Shown: positions 36,224 through 46,120, counted from the first letter of the stretch. The stretch is DNA of 64,000 nucleotides from an uncultured bacterium (GCA_903916675.1 CAIWXQ010000044.1:1165-65164), one strand, 5' to 3'. The notes: generated by a model not told the origin, from the letters alone. Program-made: numbers and translations.

Positions 36224-37996
36224 TCAGCGAATAATCAAGATCGTTCCCAACTGCAGGTTCTGGATGGTTACGTCGATGTACCCCACGCCGGCATTGACGA
36301 GCGCACGCCGACCATCCACGCCTGTCACTGCCACCATTCGAAACGCCGTGCCGGTGTAGTCGCCGCCACCGGAGATTACACGGAATGTCTTGCCGTCTAC
36401 ATTCGCCTGCGCCTGCACGTCGAGCCGCAACGTGGCGTTGGAAAGCCCCGACAGGTTCCCGTTCTGAAGCACCAGCTGGTCGGCCATGCAGTCGGAATTG
36501 CGATCGGACGGCGTCAGGTCGAATGCCAGTGTGGCGCCAGTGCCGAGTTGCAGATCGGCCGCGATCGTCAGCGTGCCGGCAGCCGCGTCACCCGGGTCGA
36601 TCGTTCCGCCCTGCACCACCACGGCCGCGTTGGAGATCGTCCCTGCGCCGCCCAGCGTGGCATTGCTCGCCACCAGCCATTGGGCACCCGCGCCGGACGA
36701 ACAACATTGGGAAAGCCCACGGATCAGCAGCGTCCCCTCCTCTACGCGGTTGGTCCGCAGGGCATGCGTCAGGTTGGCGATGGCCATGGTGCCGGGACCG
36801 CGCTTGACCAAGTGGGAGCCGGCACCGCCCGCGCCAAGGTGCCCTGTCATCTCCAGCGCCGCCACGTCGCCTGTGTGTCCGCTGATCTGGAACACGACAC
36901 CCGTGACATTGTCGGCCCGCACCAGTGCCGCATCCGCCGCCACCACCACGCAGGAGTCCAAGCCGTCCACCAGGTTGGTCGCACCGTCGTAGAAGCGGAT
37001 GGCCGTGGGGCCGGAGCCGTCGATCCGTGCGCTGCCCCGCAAGTCGAGCATCCGGCCATTGCGTACGTACAGCGAGCTGCCGCCCAGACGCACCAGGCCA
37101 TTGCTGATCGTCAGATGCAGCGGGTCGTCCGAGTTCCGGCACCAGTCCTGTACGCCGTTGAAATCCAGCAAGCCGTCGGCGTTAACCATGATGTACAGGT
37201 TGTTGTCGAGCAGTTGCGCAGTCTGCTGCGACGGGCCGATCAACCGAATCACCGCGGATGTTGGCCCCCCCTCCCCATTGCCGACTGTCAGCGAGTAGGA
37301 AGCCTTCACTTCGACCGGATCAGCCTGCCAGCCGGAACCATCGCTTGCCAGCACATAGCGGTCGGTACACGTTCCCATCTCGATTGTGCCGTCTTCCACG
37401 CAATATTCGGGGCCGACTGTACAGGAATTCTGCAGGTAGCGCTGGCCGGCGTCCGATTCGTAGACGCGCAGCGTGCCGCCGCCCTTCTTCACCACCTGAC
37501 GGTGCTGTCCGCCGAGAATCCACGGCACCTGCAGCGTCAGGCCGGACGCCACGCTGATCGTCTGCGTAGATGCCGCGGATGGCGTAACCAGCGCGCCGTG
37601 GATGACCACATTGTTGCTGCCCTGCACGGAAAGGCTCGCGCTGCAGCCTGCGAATTGCAGGCTGCGCCAGGCCGCCTGTCCAAACGCGTTGCTGGCGCCG
37701 CCGAGCTGAAAGCCACCGGCCGTGGCGGAAAACACCAGACTGCCGAATTGAAATGCGTCCAGCAGATCCTGCACGGGCCCCAACCGCAGGGTGCCGTCGA
37801 AAACCAGCGTGGTCGTGTAATCGCTGTGCGGCGGACCGGCGGGCGTCCAGTTGGCCGGCAAACTCCAATTGTCATTCGTGCCGCGCCCTGTCCAAGTCCA
37901 GATGGCGGCAGACGCCGGGTGGGCAAACGTGCCTGTCATCAAAAGCAACAACAATCCCGCCCGAAGGCGCAGAGGTTGCACGGGTAAATGTCCCAT
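36224..37996 (-). CDS. Autotransporter-associated beta-strand repeat (PATR) surface protein
   Basis: Signal peptide MGHLPVQPLRLRAGLLLLLMTGTFAHPASA, then AIWTWTGRGTNDNWSLPANW. Repeated Gly/Thr/Leu-rich beta-strand units follow (GGGTLRV, GTLLIRG, ATLGGAGTI). Confidence 0.75.
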   Translation of the reverse strand: MGHLPVQPLRLRAGLLLLLMTGTFAHPASAAIWTWTGRGTNDNWSLPANWTPAGPPHSDYTTTLVFDGTLRLGPVQDLLDAFQFGSLVFSATAGGFQLGGASNAFGQAAWRSLQFAGCSASLSVQGSNNVVIHGALVTPSAASTQTISVASGLTLQVPWILGGQHRQVVKKGGGTLRVYESDAGQRYLQNSCTVGPEYCVEDGTIEMGTCTDRYVLASDGSGWQADPVEVKASYSLTVGNGEGGPTSAVIRLIGPSQQTAQLLDNNLYIMVNADGLLDFNGVQDWCRNSDDPLHLTISNGLVRLGGSSLYVRNGRMLDLRGSARIDGSGPTAIRFYDGATNLVDGLDSCVVVAADAALVRADNVTGVVFQISGHTGDVAALEMTGHLGAGGAGSHLVKRGPGTMAIANLTHALRTNRVEEGTLLIRGLSQCCSSGAGAQWLVASNATLGGAGTISNAAVVVQGGTIDPGDAAAGTLTIAADLQLGTGATLAFDLTPSDRNSDCMADQLVLQNGNLSGLSNATLRLDVQAQANVDGKTFRVISGGGDYTGTAFRMVAVTGVDGRRALVNAGVGYIDVTIQNLQLGTILIIR

Positions 37997-38048
37997 GACA
38001 CCGACTCCGCTAAATCCGGTCCGCCACGTTACTGACCAGCCGGTTCCC

Positions 38049-39878
38049 CTATTTTTCGGAGGGATGGTCAAAACGCTGTATCTCGCACGGCATGCGCCGT
38101 GCGCAAAGTCCCTGCAGAAACCGGAATCCGTAGACGATGTGCGTCGCGATAACGCCGAGCCATGTTACCAGCCACAGCAGCAGCCGGTAATGGATAGTCG
38201 CCAGCAGTGTGACAGCCAAGTACACCGCCACGCACGCCAGGTACCAGGCCCGCACCAACGGCCAGATCGCGGCCATGGCCGCACCCAGCACCAGGCCCAT
38301 CACAAACAGCGTGGGCACCATGTAGCTAAGACGTAGGGAGGTAGACGGGAAGCGCCGCACAAAGTAACCCCGGTGCAGCGCATAGCGGCCAATCTGCCTG
38401 AGGTGCGGCAGGAACAGCGACCGGCGGTGATGCTCCACTGCCACCCATGGATCATAGACGATTCGCTTACCGAGGCGATGAACCACGTCTGCGCAAAGAA
38501 TGGTGTCCTCTCCCGGCCAGAAATCAGTGCGGAATCCGCCGAGCTGCCGCAGCAGGTCCGTGCGGATCATCAGGTTGCAGCTCGGCAAATCGTCGCTTGT
38601 GCGGATGCGGTCCGCCAGATACCGGTAGCGGTAGCTCCCGGAGACCAGACGATTGGCGTAGACCCGCCCGCCGGCCATGGCCATCCAGGGATCGTTGGCC
38701 GGTGTAATGCCGGGCCCACCCACACCGCCGACGTCGTCGCGCGAGAAATACTTCACGGCGTGCTCCAGCCAGTCGCGCACCGGGCGAGCATCATCATCCA
38801 GGAACGCCACGATCGTACCGCGTGCCGCCGCAATCCCGAGATTGCGCTTCGCCGCGGGACGCAGATGCCCGGTAGGAATCACCCGAACATCCGCTGGCCA
38901 CGGATACGATGGTGCCGCCTCGTCCGGCAGAACGATGGCCTCGAAGTTGTGGTAGGTTTGCGCCGCCAGCCCTGCCAGACACTCCGTCAGGTATGCCGAA
39001 GGTGCCGGACAGGCGATGATCACGGAAACCAGCGGCGGCGGCGACGGCAGGGGAAGCGGCTCCACGCTCTGATAATACCGCAGCACTCGTAGACGGTAGA
39101 AAATTGCCAGCGTGTCTATCATCACCTTGCGCACGTTGGACAGCGTCAGCGAGCCGGTCTTGTTGCCGAACTGCATCCGGATCGGCGCCTCGGCCACGCG
39201 ATAGCCGTGTTCATGGGCAACCGCCAGAAGTTCCACGTCAAAGGCAAAATGCTTGACCAGCATCCGGTCAAATGACCATTGCAGCGCTTCTCGGCGAAAG
39301 AGCTTCATCCCCGTCTGCGTATCCGTAACCGGCAGGCCGACCAGTAATGAGACCAACCCGTAGTAGACAGCGCTGGCCACACGCCGAGAGAAAGGGTAAT
39401 CGATCTCCGAATCGCGATGCCGCTTGGACCCGATCACAATGTCCGCCTGCTGCAGCTGCATTACGTCAAAGAAGCATGGCAGCACGGCTGGATTGAGGTC
39501 GAGGTCACCGTCGAGCAGCAGCACGTGCGTTCCGCGGCTGTGCTGCAGCCCGGCCCGCAGCGCCCCGCCCTTGCCGCTGTTGAGGGCCAGCAGCACCGGA
39601 CGCACCACATCGGGGTGCTCGTCAGCAACCTGCCGAAGTTCGGCATCCGTACCGTCGTCGCTGCCGTCATCCACCGGTACGACCTCGAAGCGTATCCTCT
39701 TCCCCAACAGTCGGCAAACCGTCTCGACGTTGGCGCCGGCACGACCCGCCAACCGGTAGCAGGGCATGACCACGCTCAGCAAGCCGTCCGGCCCTAGACA
39801 CTCCTGCGCGGATTTCCAGTCGTCCGGCTGCTGTGCTTTGTTGTACATCCCCATGAAAACAGACCGTTTCGTTTCCAT
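38049..39878 (-). CDS. Dual-domain family-2 glycosyltransferase with C-terminal transmembrane region
   Basis: Two GT2 modules: VVMPCYR...DDGSDDGT...LDGDLD, and VIIACPAP...FLDDDARP. Three to four hydrophobic helices lie at the C-terminus. Start set at METKRS (39878) to avoid overlap with the divergent LysM gene. Confidence 0.8.
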   Translation of the reverse strand: METKRSVFMGMYNKAQQPDDWKSAQECLGPDGLLSVVMPCYRLAGRAGANVETVCRLLGKRIRFEVVPVDDGSDDGTDAELRQVADEHPDVVRPVLLALNSGKGGALRAGLQHSRGTHVLLLDGDLDLNPAVLPCFFDVMQLQQADIVIGSKRHRDSEIDYPFSRRVASAVYYGLVSLLVGLPVTDTQTGMKLFRREALQWSFDRMLVKHFAFDVELLAVAHEHGYRVAEAPIRMQFGNKTGSLTLSNVRKVMIDTLAIFYRLRVLRYYQSVEPLPLPSPPPLVSVIIACPAPSAYLTECLAGLAAQTYHNFEAIVLPDEAAPSYPWPADVRVIPTGHLRPAAKRNLGIAAARGTIVAFLDDDARPVRDWLEHAVKYFSRDDVGGVGGPGITPANDPWMAMAGGRVYANRLVSGSYRYRYLADRIRTSDDLPSCNLMIRTDLLRQLGGFRTDFWPGEDTILCADVVHRLGKRIVYDPWVAVEHHRRSLFLPHLRQIGRYALHRGYFVRRFPSTSLRLSYMVPTLFVMGLVLGAAMAAIWPLVRAWYLACVAVYLAVTLLATIHYRLLLWLVTWLGVIATHIVYGFRFLQGLCARRMPCEIQRFDHPSEK

Positions 39879-39996
39879 CACTATGCCGTCTTGCAGTTTG
39901 ACAGACAAGGTTTTTTGGGCAAGAGTATGAAATCGAACGCCATATGATGAAGAGCTCCCCGCAGCATGCACCTGCACAACGACGGAAGCACACGAA

Positions 39997-40986
39997 ATGT
40001 CACTGCGCCTGATCACACGTGCCGCTCTCGTTCTTCTCCTTGCCTCTGGCTGCCAGCGTGTCGTCACCGTGGCGGAACAGGACGCTCGGGAGCGTGAAAA
40101 CACGCTGATCCACCGCGCGCTGGAGCGCGAGCAAGCCGGCGACCTCGACAGCGCCATTCAGACCTATGAAGAGGTCCTGCAGGAGACGCCCAAACTCGTC
40201 TCCGCGCATTTCCATCTCGCGCTCCTGCTACAGGATTATCGCAAGGACTACATGGGCGCCATTTATCACTACTGTCAGTACGAGCGCTTGCGCCCCGATA
40301 CTGAGAAGAAAGCGTTGCTGCGCGACCGCACCCGCGTCTGCCAGCAACTCCTCGCCGCCCAACTCCTCAGCACCGCTGACGTGGCCATCAGCCGCAAGCA
40401 GATCGAGCTCGTGGGCGAAATCGACAAGTTGAACAAGCATCTCTCCTTGGTCGAGGGTGAAAAATCCGCGTTACAAGAGCAGAAGTCCGATCTCGAACGC
40501 CAGGTGATCGAGCAGAAATCAGAATCAGAACGCCTGCGCCGCCTGCTCGATCGCATGATGCCATCATCTTCCGTCTCCACCCCAGCCCCCGAGGAATCGC
40601 GACCTCGCTCCATCCTTCCGCGGCTCACCCCAGCCGCCAACGCGCCTATTGTGACCACCACCATGGGCCCACTTCGGCGGTTAACCGTAACGGAAACATC
40701 GTCCAAGCCGGCAGTTGCCAAACCGTCCGTTGCCGACACCGCGCCGCCGCCACTACTTAAACCCGATGCGAGCGAACCCGATCCCGGTGCCGCCACGTCT
40801 GTCCCCGCACCACCCGTCACCGCCGACACCCGCACTTACGTTGTACAGCCTGGCGACAGCGTCTACCGTATCGCGGAGCGAGTCTACGGCGATGCGGAAC
40901 AGTGGAAAAAAATCCGCGACGCCAACAAGGACCGCCTCGGCCCCGGTAATCAGGTCCGCGCCGGCCAGGTGTTGGTGATACCGTAG
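39997..40986 (+). CDS. Lipoprotein with TPR-like region, coiled coil and C-terminal LysM domain
   Basis: Lipobox LLASGC. Heptad-rich KLNKHLSLVEGEKSALQEQKSDLERQVIEQKSESERLRRLL. C-terminal LysM YVVQPGDSVYRIAERVYGDAEQWKKIRDANKD...AGQVLVIP. Confidence 0.8.
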   Translation: MSLRLITRAALVLLLASGCQRVVTVAEQDARERENTLIHRALEREQAGDLDSAIQTYEEVLQETPKLVSAHFHLALLLQDYRKDYMGAIYHYCQYERLRPDTEKKALLRDRTRVCQQLLAAQLLSTADVAISRKQIELVGEIDKLNKHLSLVEGEKSALQEQKSDLERQVIEQKSESERLRRLLDRMMPSSSVSTPAPEESRPRSILPRLTPAANAPIVTTTMGPLRRLTVTETSSKPAVAKPSVADTAPPPLLKPDASEPDPGAATSVPAPPVTADTRTYVVQPGDSVYRIAERVYGDAEQWKKIRDANKDRLGPGNQVRAGQVLVIP

Positions 40987-41118
40987 GGAGAAGAGTTTAG
41001 GAGTCAGAACAACCCCGGAGTAGAAAAGCAGGGCGACGGCCACGCTCGGGAAGGCCGGTGGCCTAAGTATTTTGTCCAGATCGGCATACGGTCGCAAAAA
41101 CAAACTGGAGAATACTCC

Positions 41119-41700
41119 ATGACGTTCATGTGCCTTTCGTCTCATTTGAACCTTGCCGTAATCGGGCCGCTGGTGACGCCCGTATTCCAGATTCTTGCGC
41201 CGATCATCCTGCTCAGCACCTTTACCCTGATCGTCGCGATTCCGCGCTGGTTCCTGGGTTTTTCGTACTGGCTCTGGTGCCGGAATGCACCGGCGGCGCT
41301 GCGCGGTCGGACGATCCCAGGTGTGAAATCGCGCGTGTTTCAAGGCGTCGCGCAGCGGCAGTTCGATGACGAATACGCATTCGTTGTTCCGGACCGCGCT
41401 GACCTTCCGGCGCGGATTGCCGATTTCTTCCGGCAACGCGGCGCAACCGCGGAGCCGGGCGGCGAGCCCCTGAGCTTTGCGAGGGGGCATCGCATCTGCT
41501 CGATGCTGCTGCCGCATCTGATCCCCTGGCGAGAAAAGGATTTTGCGCAGCACATCACCGTGCGAACCTCCCGCACCCGGGCAGGTCAGGCGGAAATCCG
41601 TCTTTGTTATTGCGTGCAGGTGCTTTGCATGCTGCGCCTGCCGCCCGCCGGGCTACAGGATGAAGCCGCTGCGCTGTGCCATACGTTGCCCGCCTCGTAA
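41119..41700 (+). CDS. Hypothetical membrane protein
   Basis: 193-aa ORF with GGAG 8 nt upstream of the ATG and two N-terminal hydrophobic segments. Third-position G+C looks coding-like. No family recognised. Confidence 0.5.
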   Translation: MTFMCLSSHLNLAVIGPLVTPVFQILAPIILLSTFTLIVAIPRWFLGFSYWLWCRNAPAALRGRTIPGVKSRVFQGVAQRQFDDEYAFVVPDRADLPARIADFFRQRGATAEPGGEPLSFARGHRICSMLLPHLIPWREKDFAQHITVRTSRTRAGQAEIRLCYCVQVLCMLRLPPAGLQDEAAALCHTLPAS

Positions 41701-41704
41701 TCCC

Positions 41705-42031
41705 ATGCCCGGTTTTCTCCACAAACGCGCTCGTCGCATCTTCGGCCGCAGCACGGCGGAGTTCCTCCGTGGGCCACCACACCCCGTAGCCTGGCGACTG
41801 GAGGTGCGCGAAGATACCAACGACCGCGGGATGTTCCTCCCGGACACCACCTGCCGCGGCCGTTCCGGACACTCCATCCGTCTGGCCAGCTACATCTCCG
41901 CCGGCGGCATGCGCGACCTGCGCCCCGGCCGCCACGCGGAATCCGACGCACGCCGGCGGCAACTGCTGGCGCATTTCGCGCTGGCGCTGCTGATTTTCTG
42001 GCTGGTTTTTCTCTTCGTGCCATGCCGCTGA
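41705..42031 (+). CDS. Hypothetical small protein with C-terminal hydrophobic helix
   Basis: ATG lies 4 nt after the previous stop. 108 aa ending LLAHFALALLIFWLVFLFVPCR. Weak support. Confidence 0.35.
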   Translation: MPGFLHKRARRIFGRSTAEFLRGPPHPVAWRLEVREDTNDRGMFLPDTTCRGRSGHSIRLASYISAGGMRDLRPGRHAESDARRRQLLAHFALALLIFWLVFLFVPCR

Positions 42032-42046
42032 AATCTTTCAGGGTCT

Positions 42047-42114
42047 GGGTCGCTACCGGGATCGGTATCGATTGTATACTCGACCCCAATACCGACGTCG
42101 CTACCGATGCGATG
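42047..42114. repeat. GATACCGAT/GCTACCG-type intergenic repeat, copy 2 (compact version of 2308-2420)
   Basis: GGGTCGCTACCGGGATCGGTATCGAT TGTATAC TCGACCCCAATACCGACGTCGCTACCGATG. Compare GGGGTCGGGATCGCTATCGAAATCGGTATCGAT...TCGACCCCGATACCGATAGCGATCCCGATG at copy 1. Confidence 0.7.
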
Positions 42115-42139
42115 AACCGCTGACTGTCGAACGCCCAAC

Positions 42140-42769
42140 ATGCACGTCCCCCACTCCAGCACGGTGATCTTGGCCAACGGCGCCTTTCCCTCCCACCCGG
42201 CGCCGCTGGCGGCGCTGCACGCGGCGGAGCGCATCGTCTGTTGCGACGGTGCCGCGGAAAAGCTGGTCGCCGCCGGCTTCGTTCCCGCCGCCATCGTGGG
42301 CGACCTTGACAGCCTCCCCGTCGGCCTGCGCAAGCGCTTCGGTGATTACTTGCACCCGGATGCCGGCCAGAACGACAACGATCTCGCCAAGGCGTTCCGC
42401 TACTGCCTGCAAGAAGGGTGGCGCGAACTAATCATCCTCGGCGCCACCGGCTTGCGCGAGGACCACACCCTTGGTAACCTCGGCTGGCTGGCGGATTTTG
42501 CGTCACAGGCCGAGGTGTCGTTGCTCACGGACACCGGCATATTCTCGGCTATTGTCCGCTTGACCCGCTTTGACAGCCAGCCGGGACAGCAGGTCTCGTT
42601 TTTCACGTTCGATGGCCAGACTTTCCTAAACGCCGGAGGCCTGCGCTACCCGGTCGTAAATCTGCGTCCCACGCGCTGGTGGCAGGCCACGCTGAACGAG
42701 GCGTCCGGCGATTCCTTTGAAGTCGCTCCCGCCGGTGGGCCGGCGCTGGTCTTCCGGACATATGCCTGA
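42140..42769 (+). CDS. Thiamine diphosphokinase (thiamine pyrophosphokinase)
   Basis: 209 aa with CCDGAAEKL, IVGDLDS and NDLAKA motifs and LILGATGLREDHTLGN. It has a C-terminal thiamine-binding beta domain. Confidence 0.8.
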   Translation: MHVPHSSTVILANGAFPSHPAPLAALHAAERIVCCDGAAEKLVAAGFVPAAIVGDLDSLPVGLRKRFGDYLHPDAGQNDNDLAKAFRYCLQEGWRELIILGATGLREDHTLGNLGWLADFASQAEVSLLTDTGIFSAIVRLTRFDSQPGQQVSFFTFDGQTFLNAGGLRYPVVNLRPTRWWQATLNEASGDSFEVAPAGGPALVFRTYA

Positions 42770-42837
42770 CCGAGAATGAGGGTGGTGCAGGCGTCCTGCC
42801 TGCCCAATCGCGTCAGACCGTCGCAAATCAGGCGTGG

Positions 42838-43938
42838 CTACCTGCCGTCGCGTGCGGTTGACTTGTTGAGCCATTCATCTGTGAAGGTGATTTTGCGGCG
42901 AACTATGGCGGCATCGTTCCAGCGCTCCCATCCGCCTTCTGGCGAAAAGGTATAGTACACATAGAACTCTTTCCCGGTTCGGCGTGGATCATCAAGGAAT
43001 CCTATGATTGAAGGATAAAAAGCTTCGCCATTCTCAGCTGCGAGTTTCCTGCGATCACTCCAATGGATGCCGTCCTCCGAGCAGGTTAGGAATAAATCCA
43101 CACATTGAGGAGAAGTATTGGCAGCTATGATCATGACAAACTTGTCAAGAGCCGCGTTGTAGCTGATGTCCATCCATCGCGTGCCGGGATTCCCTCTTTC
43201 CAGGGGGCTGGATTTTCCGCCTACGGCAGGCTCCGAAAATGCACCATTGTAGTACTTTGTCCATTTTGCACTCTTGCCACCAATACCAGCCTGGATGACC
43301 TCTGCGATGCTCGCTCTTGCTAAGGACAGGTTGCTTTGCCGCGAATTTTCATCCGTCATGGCATCTCGAGCATAGACGTAAAAATATTCATCCTTGATTA
43401 TGTAAGCTGATCCGCAGACCTCTACGGCACTTTCGGCCTGCGCGTTAGGAATATTGGCTAAGAAAATGGGCCCCAAGTCTTTGAACTTCAGGCCTTGTTC
43501 ATCGGTCTGGATTGAGAGACCCAGCACGCTGTAGAAGTTCTTATACGTGCCACGATGGAACTCCGCATGGTAGAAGAGGAAGATGCGATTCGACTTTGGA
43601 TCACGGAAGAGTGGCCCTCCCGCAAGGTACTGGAATTCCTTATTATCTGTGGCGATGGAAACGCGATCTACCCTTTGCAACGGATTTCCCCTGTTGCCGG
43701 TGACTCGGACCGGCTCGCGGCCGTTGGCACCATACATTCGCACATCGTCGCCACTTGTCAGCACTCCACAGTTGCCATCCATGAACCACTTCAGTCCCAG
43801 GGCGTCTCTCTGTTCCTTAGTTGCGATGACTACCCTCTCACCCACGATGCAGGCGGGAGGTTCGGCAGAAAATACAGCCGCATTGCTTACGACCACTGCG
43901 GCCGTCGCAAGAAGAAGGTTCTGCATAGCAATTCCCAT
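42838..43938 (-). CDS. Secreted hypothetical protein with an Asp-box (BNR-like) motif, possible beta-propeller glycosidase-like fold
   Basis: Signal peptide MGIAMQNLLLATAAVVVSNAAVFSA. An SxDxGxxW match (CSEDGIHW). Lower G+C than the flanks. The ORF-track start at 43959 is GTG. Confidence 0.55.
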   Translation of the reverse strand: MGIAMQNLLLATAAVVVSNAAVFSAEPPACIVGERVVIATKEQRDALGLKWFMDGNCGVLTSGDDVRMYGANGREPVRVTGNRGNPLQRVDRVSIATDNKEFQYLAGGPLFRDPKSNRIFLFYHAEFHRGTYKNFYSVLGLSIQTDEQGLKFKDLGPIFLANIPNAQAESAVEVCGSAYIIKDEYFYVYARDAMTDENSRQSNLSLARASIAEVIQAGIGGKSAKWTKYYNGAFSEPAVGGKSSPLERGNPGTRWMDISYNAALDKFVMIIAANTSPQCVDLFLTCSEDGIHWSDRRKLAAENGEAFYPSIIGFLDDPRRTGKEFYVYYTFSPEGGWERWNDAAIVRRKITFTDEWLNKSTARDGR

Positions 43939-43976
43939 GAGAATTACTTCTTCGCGCACAATGCCATTTCACAAAA

Positions 43977-44828
43977 TCACGGCTCGGCCCGGGGATCCAA
44001 TTGCCGCGGATGCCGGCTGGGCGTGCCGAAGTAGAAGGCCTCGTTTTTCGCGAGCTTCATCGGCATCCGGTTGTGGATCCATCCCCCTTCGGAAAGACCG
44101 TCCGGGAAATCGTGGACCAGCATGCCGGCGCGGTTGACCGGTAGTTGTTGGGCAATAGTGGCGTCAGGTCGCGCCACAAAGCTCCCCCAATTCGAGTACC
44201 GCTGCGACGAGTTATTCGCCACGGCCCACATGAGGTTGTCTGCGCAACGGGTGGGAACCTGACGGACGTTCAGCACATCCAGGCAGCTGGGCCCCTTGTG
44301 CCGCGCGTTGAAAAAGGAGTGCAGCACCAGCCGGGCGCCCCGCTCACGGTACGCCGCGTAGAGCTGCGGATAGCAGATGTCATAACAGATGGCAAACCCG
44401 ACCTGCACGCCCCGGATCGGCAGCGTCACCAACCGGTTTCCCGCAGAAAAGACGCGCTGATCTTCCACCGTACACATGCATTTGTCGTACCGGTCGGCAA
44501 TTCTGCCGGCCGGATCGATGATGTACAGGCAGTTGGTCGGCCTGGTTATTTTGTCAAGAAAATGCGCAGAGCCCAGAATCAGCCAAAGCCGCAGGTCCCT
44601 GGCCAGTTCCCGCAGCCGTTGCGTTTCGCAGCGCAGGGCGTCCCAGTCATACCGGCGAAAGGAGAAAAATTCGGAACCCGCATAGCCGGAAAGCGCGGCT
44701 TCCGACGTGTGCAGGAGATGCGCCTGCGCCTGCTTCGCCCGACGCAGATAGCGCCGGATGGCTTCCGCGTTTTTCGCAATGTCACCGGACACGGGAAACT
44801 GACAGGACGCTACGCGAAGCTTGTGCAT
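43977..44828 (-). CDS. Carbon-nitrogen hydrolase (nitrilase superfamily)
   Basis: MHKLRVASCQF N-terminus. Glu (TSEAAL), Lys (RYDKCM) and Cys (FAICYDICYP) catalytic-triad contexts. Confidence 0.8.
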   Translation of the reverse strand: MHKLRVASCQFPVSGDIAKNAEAIRRYLRRAKQAQAHLLHTSEAALSGYAGSEFFSFRRYDWDALRCETQRLRELARDLRLWLILGSAHFLDKITRPTNCLYIIDPAGRIADRYDKCMCTVEDQRVFSAGNRLVTLPIRGVQVGFAICYDICYPQLYAAYRERGARLVLHSFFNARHKGPSCLDVLNVRQVPTRCADNLMWAVANNSSQRYSNWGSFVARPDATIAQQLPVNRAGMLVHDFPDGLSEGGWIHNRMPMKLAKNEAFYFGTPSRHPRQLDPRAEP

Positions 44829-44937
44829 GCAGACCTCCGAACATGGCGAATCAAACGACATCGGCCCACGGGGAGAGCCATCTTGATTTCTGATTCCAGA
44901 ACAAAGTCTGAAATCTGCACCCCTTCGAAATCGCTCG

Positions 44938-45594
44938 CTAGTTCGGCGCCAGCAGCTTGATCTCGAACTTCTCCAGATTGTCCAGGACCAGGTCCGCGGG
45001 TGCGATGTTCTGGCGTGGTGCATCGCGGCGCGCGAGCGCCACGCAGGTCATGCCGGCCGCCTTGGCGGCGCGCACACCGGCGGCGGAATCCTCAAACACC
45101 ACGCAGGTGGACGGATCCACCTGCAGCCGCTGCGCCGCCAGCCGGAAGCAGGCGGGATCCGGCTTGCCCGGCTGGTAGTCCTCGGCGCCAAGAAAAAAAC
45201 GGATGAATGGGGCCGCGCCTAGAATCGCCACGTTGTCGGCAATGTCTTGGCGAGGCGAACCAGAGACGATCGCCACGGGGTAGTCCGCGGCCAGGCGTAC
45301 CAGCAGTTCGATTGACCCCACGATGCGCACATCGGTCTCCGCGCGCAGGCGGCGGTGGGAGGAGCGCAGCTCCGCGGCAACGCGCTCGATGCCCGCTGCC
45401 ACGGCATGCGGGAAGCGCCGGCTCATCTCGGTGTAGACGTCGTTCCAGGATCGACCGTACACCAGCGCCACAGCTTCCTCCTGCGTGCAGGGAATGCCGT
45501 GTCGTTGCAGATACTCGCGAATGGCGCGAATCCAGAGGATTTCGGTATCCACCAGCGTACCGTCGAGGTCGAAGAAAAAGGCTTGGATCGTCAT
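44938..45594 (-). CDS. HAD-superfamily hydrolase (beta-phosphoglucomutase-like subfamily IA)
   Basis: Motif I FFFDLDGTLVDTE. Later SGS, K and FEDSAAG (motif IV) elements. Confidence 0.8.
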   Translation of the reverse strand: MTIQAFFFDLDGTLVDTEILWIRAIREYLQRHGIPCTQEEAVALVYGRSWNDVYTEMSRRFPHAVAAGIERVAAELRSSHRRLRAETDVRIVGSIELLVRLAADYPVAIVSGSPRQDIADNVAILGAAPFIRFFLGAEDYQPGKPDPACFRLAAQRLQVDPSTCVVFEDSAAGVRAAKAAGMTCVALARRDAPRQNIAPADLVLDNLEKFEIKLLAPN

Positions 45595-45610
45595 GGCACC
45601 TGGAAACGCG

Positions 45611-46120
45611 TCAGGCCTCTGCCCCGGCTGCGGACTGGCCGCAGCATTTCTTGTATTTCCTGCCGCTGCCGCAAGCGCAGGGATCGTTGCGCCCAACCTT
45701 CGGCGCCTCGCGGCGCTCCGGCGGTGGAGTCACCATTTTGCCGTCGATAAAACGCCACTCGCCCTCCACGCGGCCAAAGGTGGCAATTTCATGGTGCTCG
45801 AAGTCCGCCTTTTCGATTCGGTAGCGCGCAACGAATTCGATCATCGCCTCGCTGTCCTGCGGGCTGCCGCCTTCCGACTGCCGGATCTCGAACGCCTGCC
45901 AGTCGGCGGACTGCGCCCACTTGCGACTGCTCTCGGCATCGAATTCCCGGCGCACGCGCGGCCCGGAGGTCTTGTACAGGTAATCTATCTCCGCCAGCGT
46001 GTAGGCCGTGTAGCGAGAGCGCATCAGCGCTTCGGCGGTGGAGGCGCGGGCGTGGCCCAACAGCAGCGGCTCGCAGCACTGCTCATAGGAACGTCCGCTG
46101 CAACAGGGGCAATCGCTCAT
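45611..46120 (-). CDS. ychJ: YchJ-family protein (UPF0225, SEC-C motifs)
   Basis: [17 protein letters not shown]-terminal and [15 protein letters not shown]-terminal SEC-C-type metal-binding motifs flank an NTF2-like core. Confidence 0.8.
   Translation of the reverse strand: MSDCPCCSGRSYEQCCEPLLLGHARASTAEALMRSRYTAYTLAEIDYLYKTSGPRVRREFDAESSRKWAQSADWQAFEIRQSEGGSPQDSEAMIEFVARYRIEKADFEHHEIATFGRVEGEWRFIDGKMVTPPPERREAPKVGRNDPCACGSGRKYKKCCGQSAAGAEA

Noticed and set aside
40753-41553. 266-aa minus-strand ORF spanning the LysM gene's 3' end and the next hypothetical gene.
   Set aside because: It overlaps the well-supported LysM domain in antisense. Its product is Arg-rich and motif-free. The plus-strand ORF 41119-41700 has the better codon texture and a GGAG upstream.
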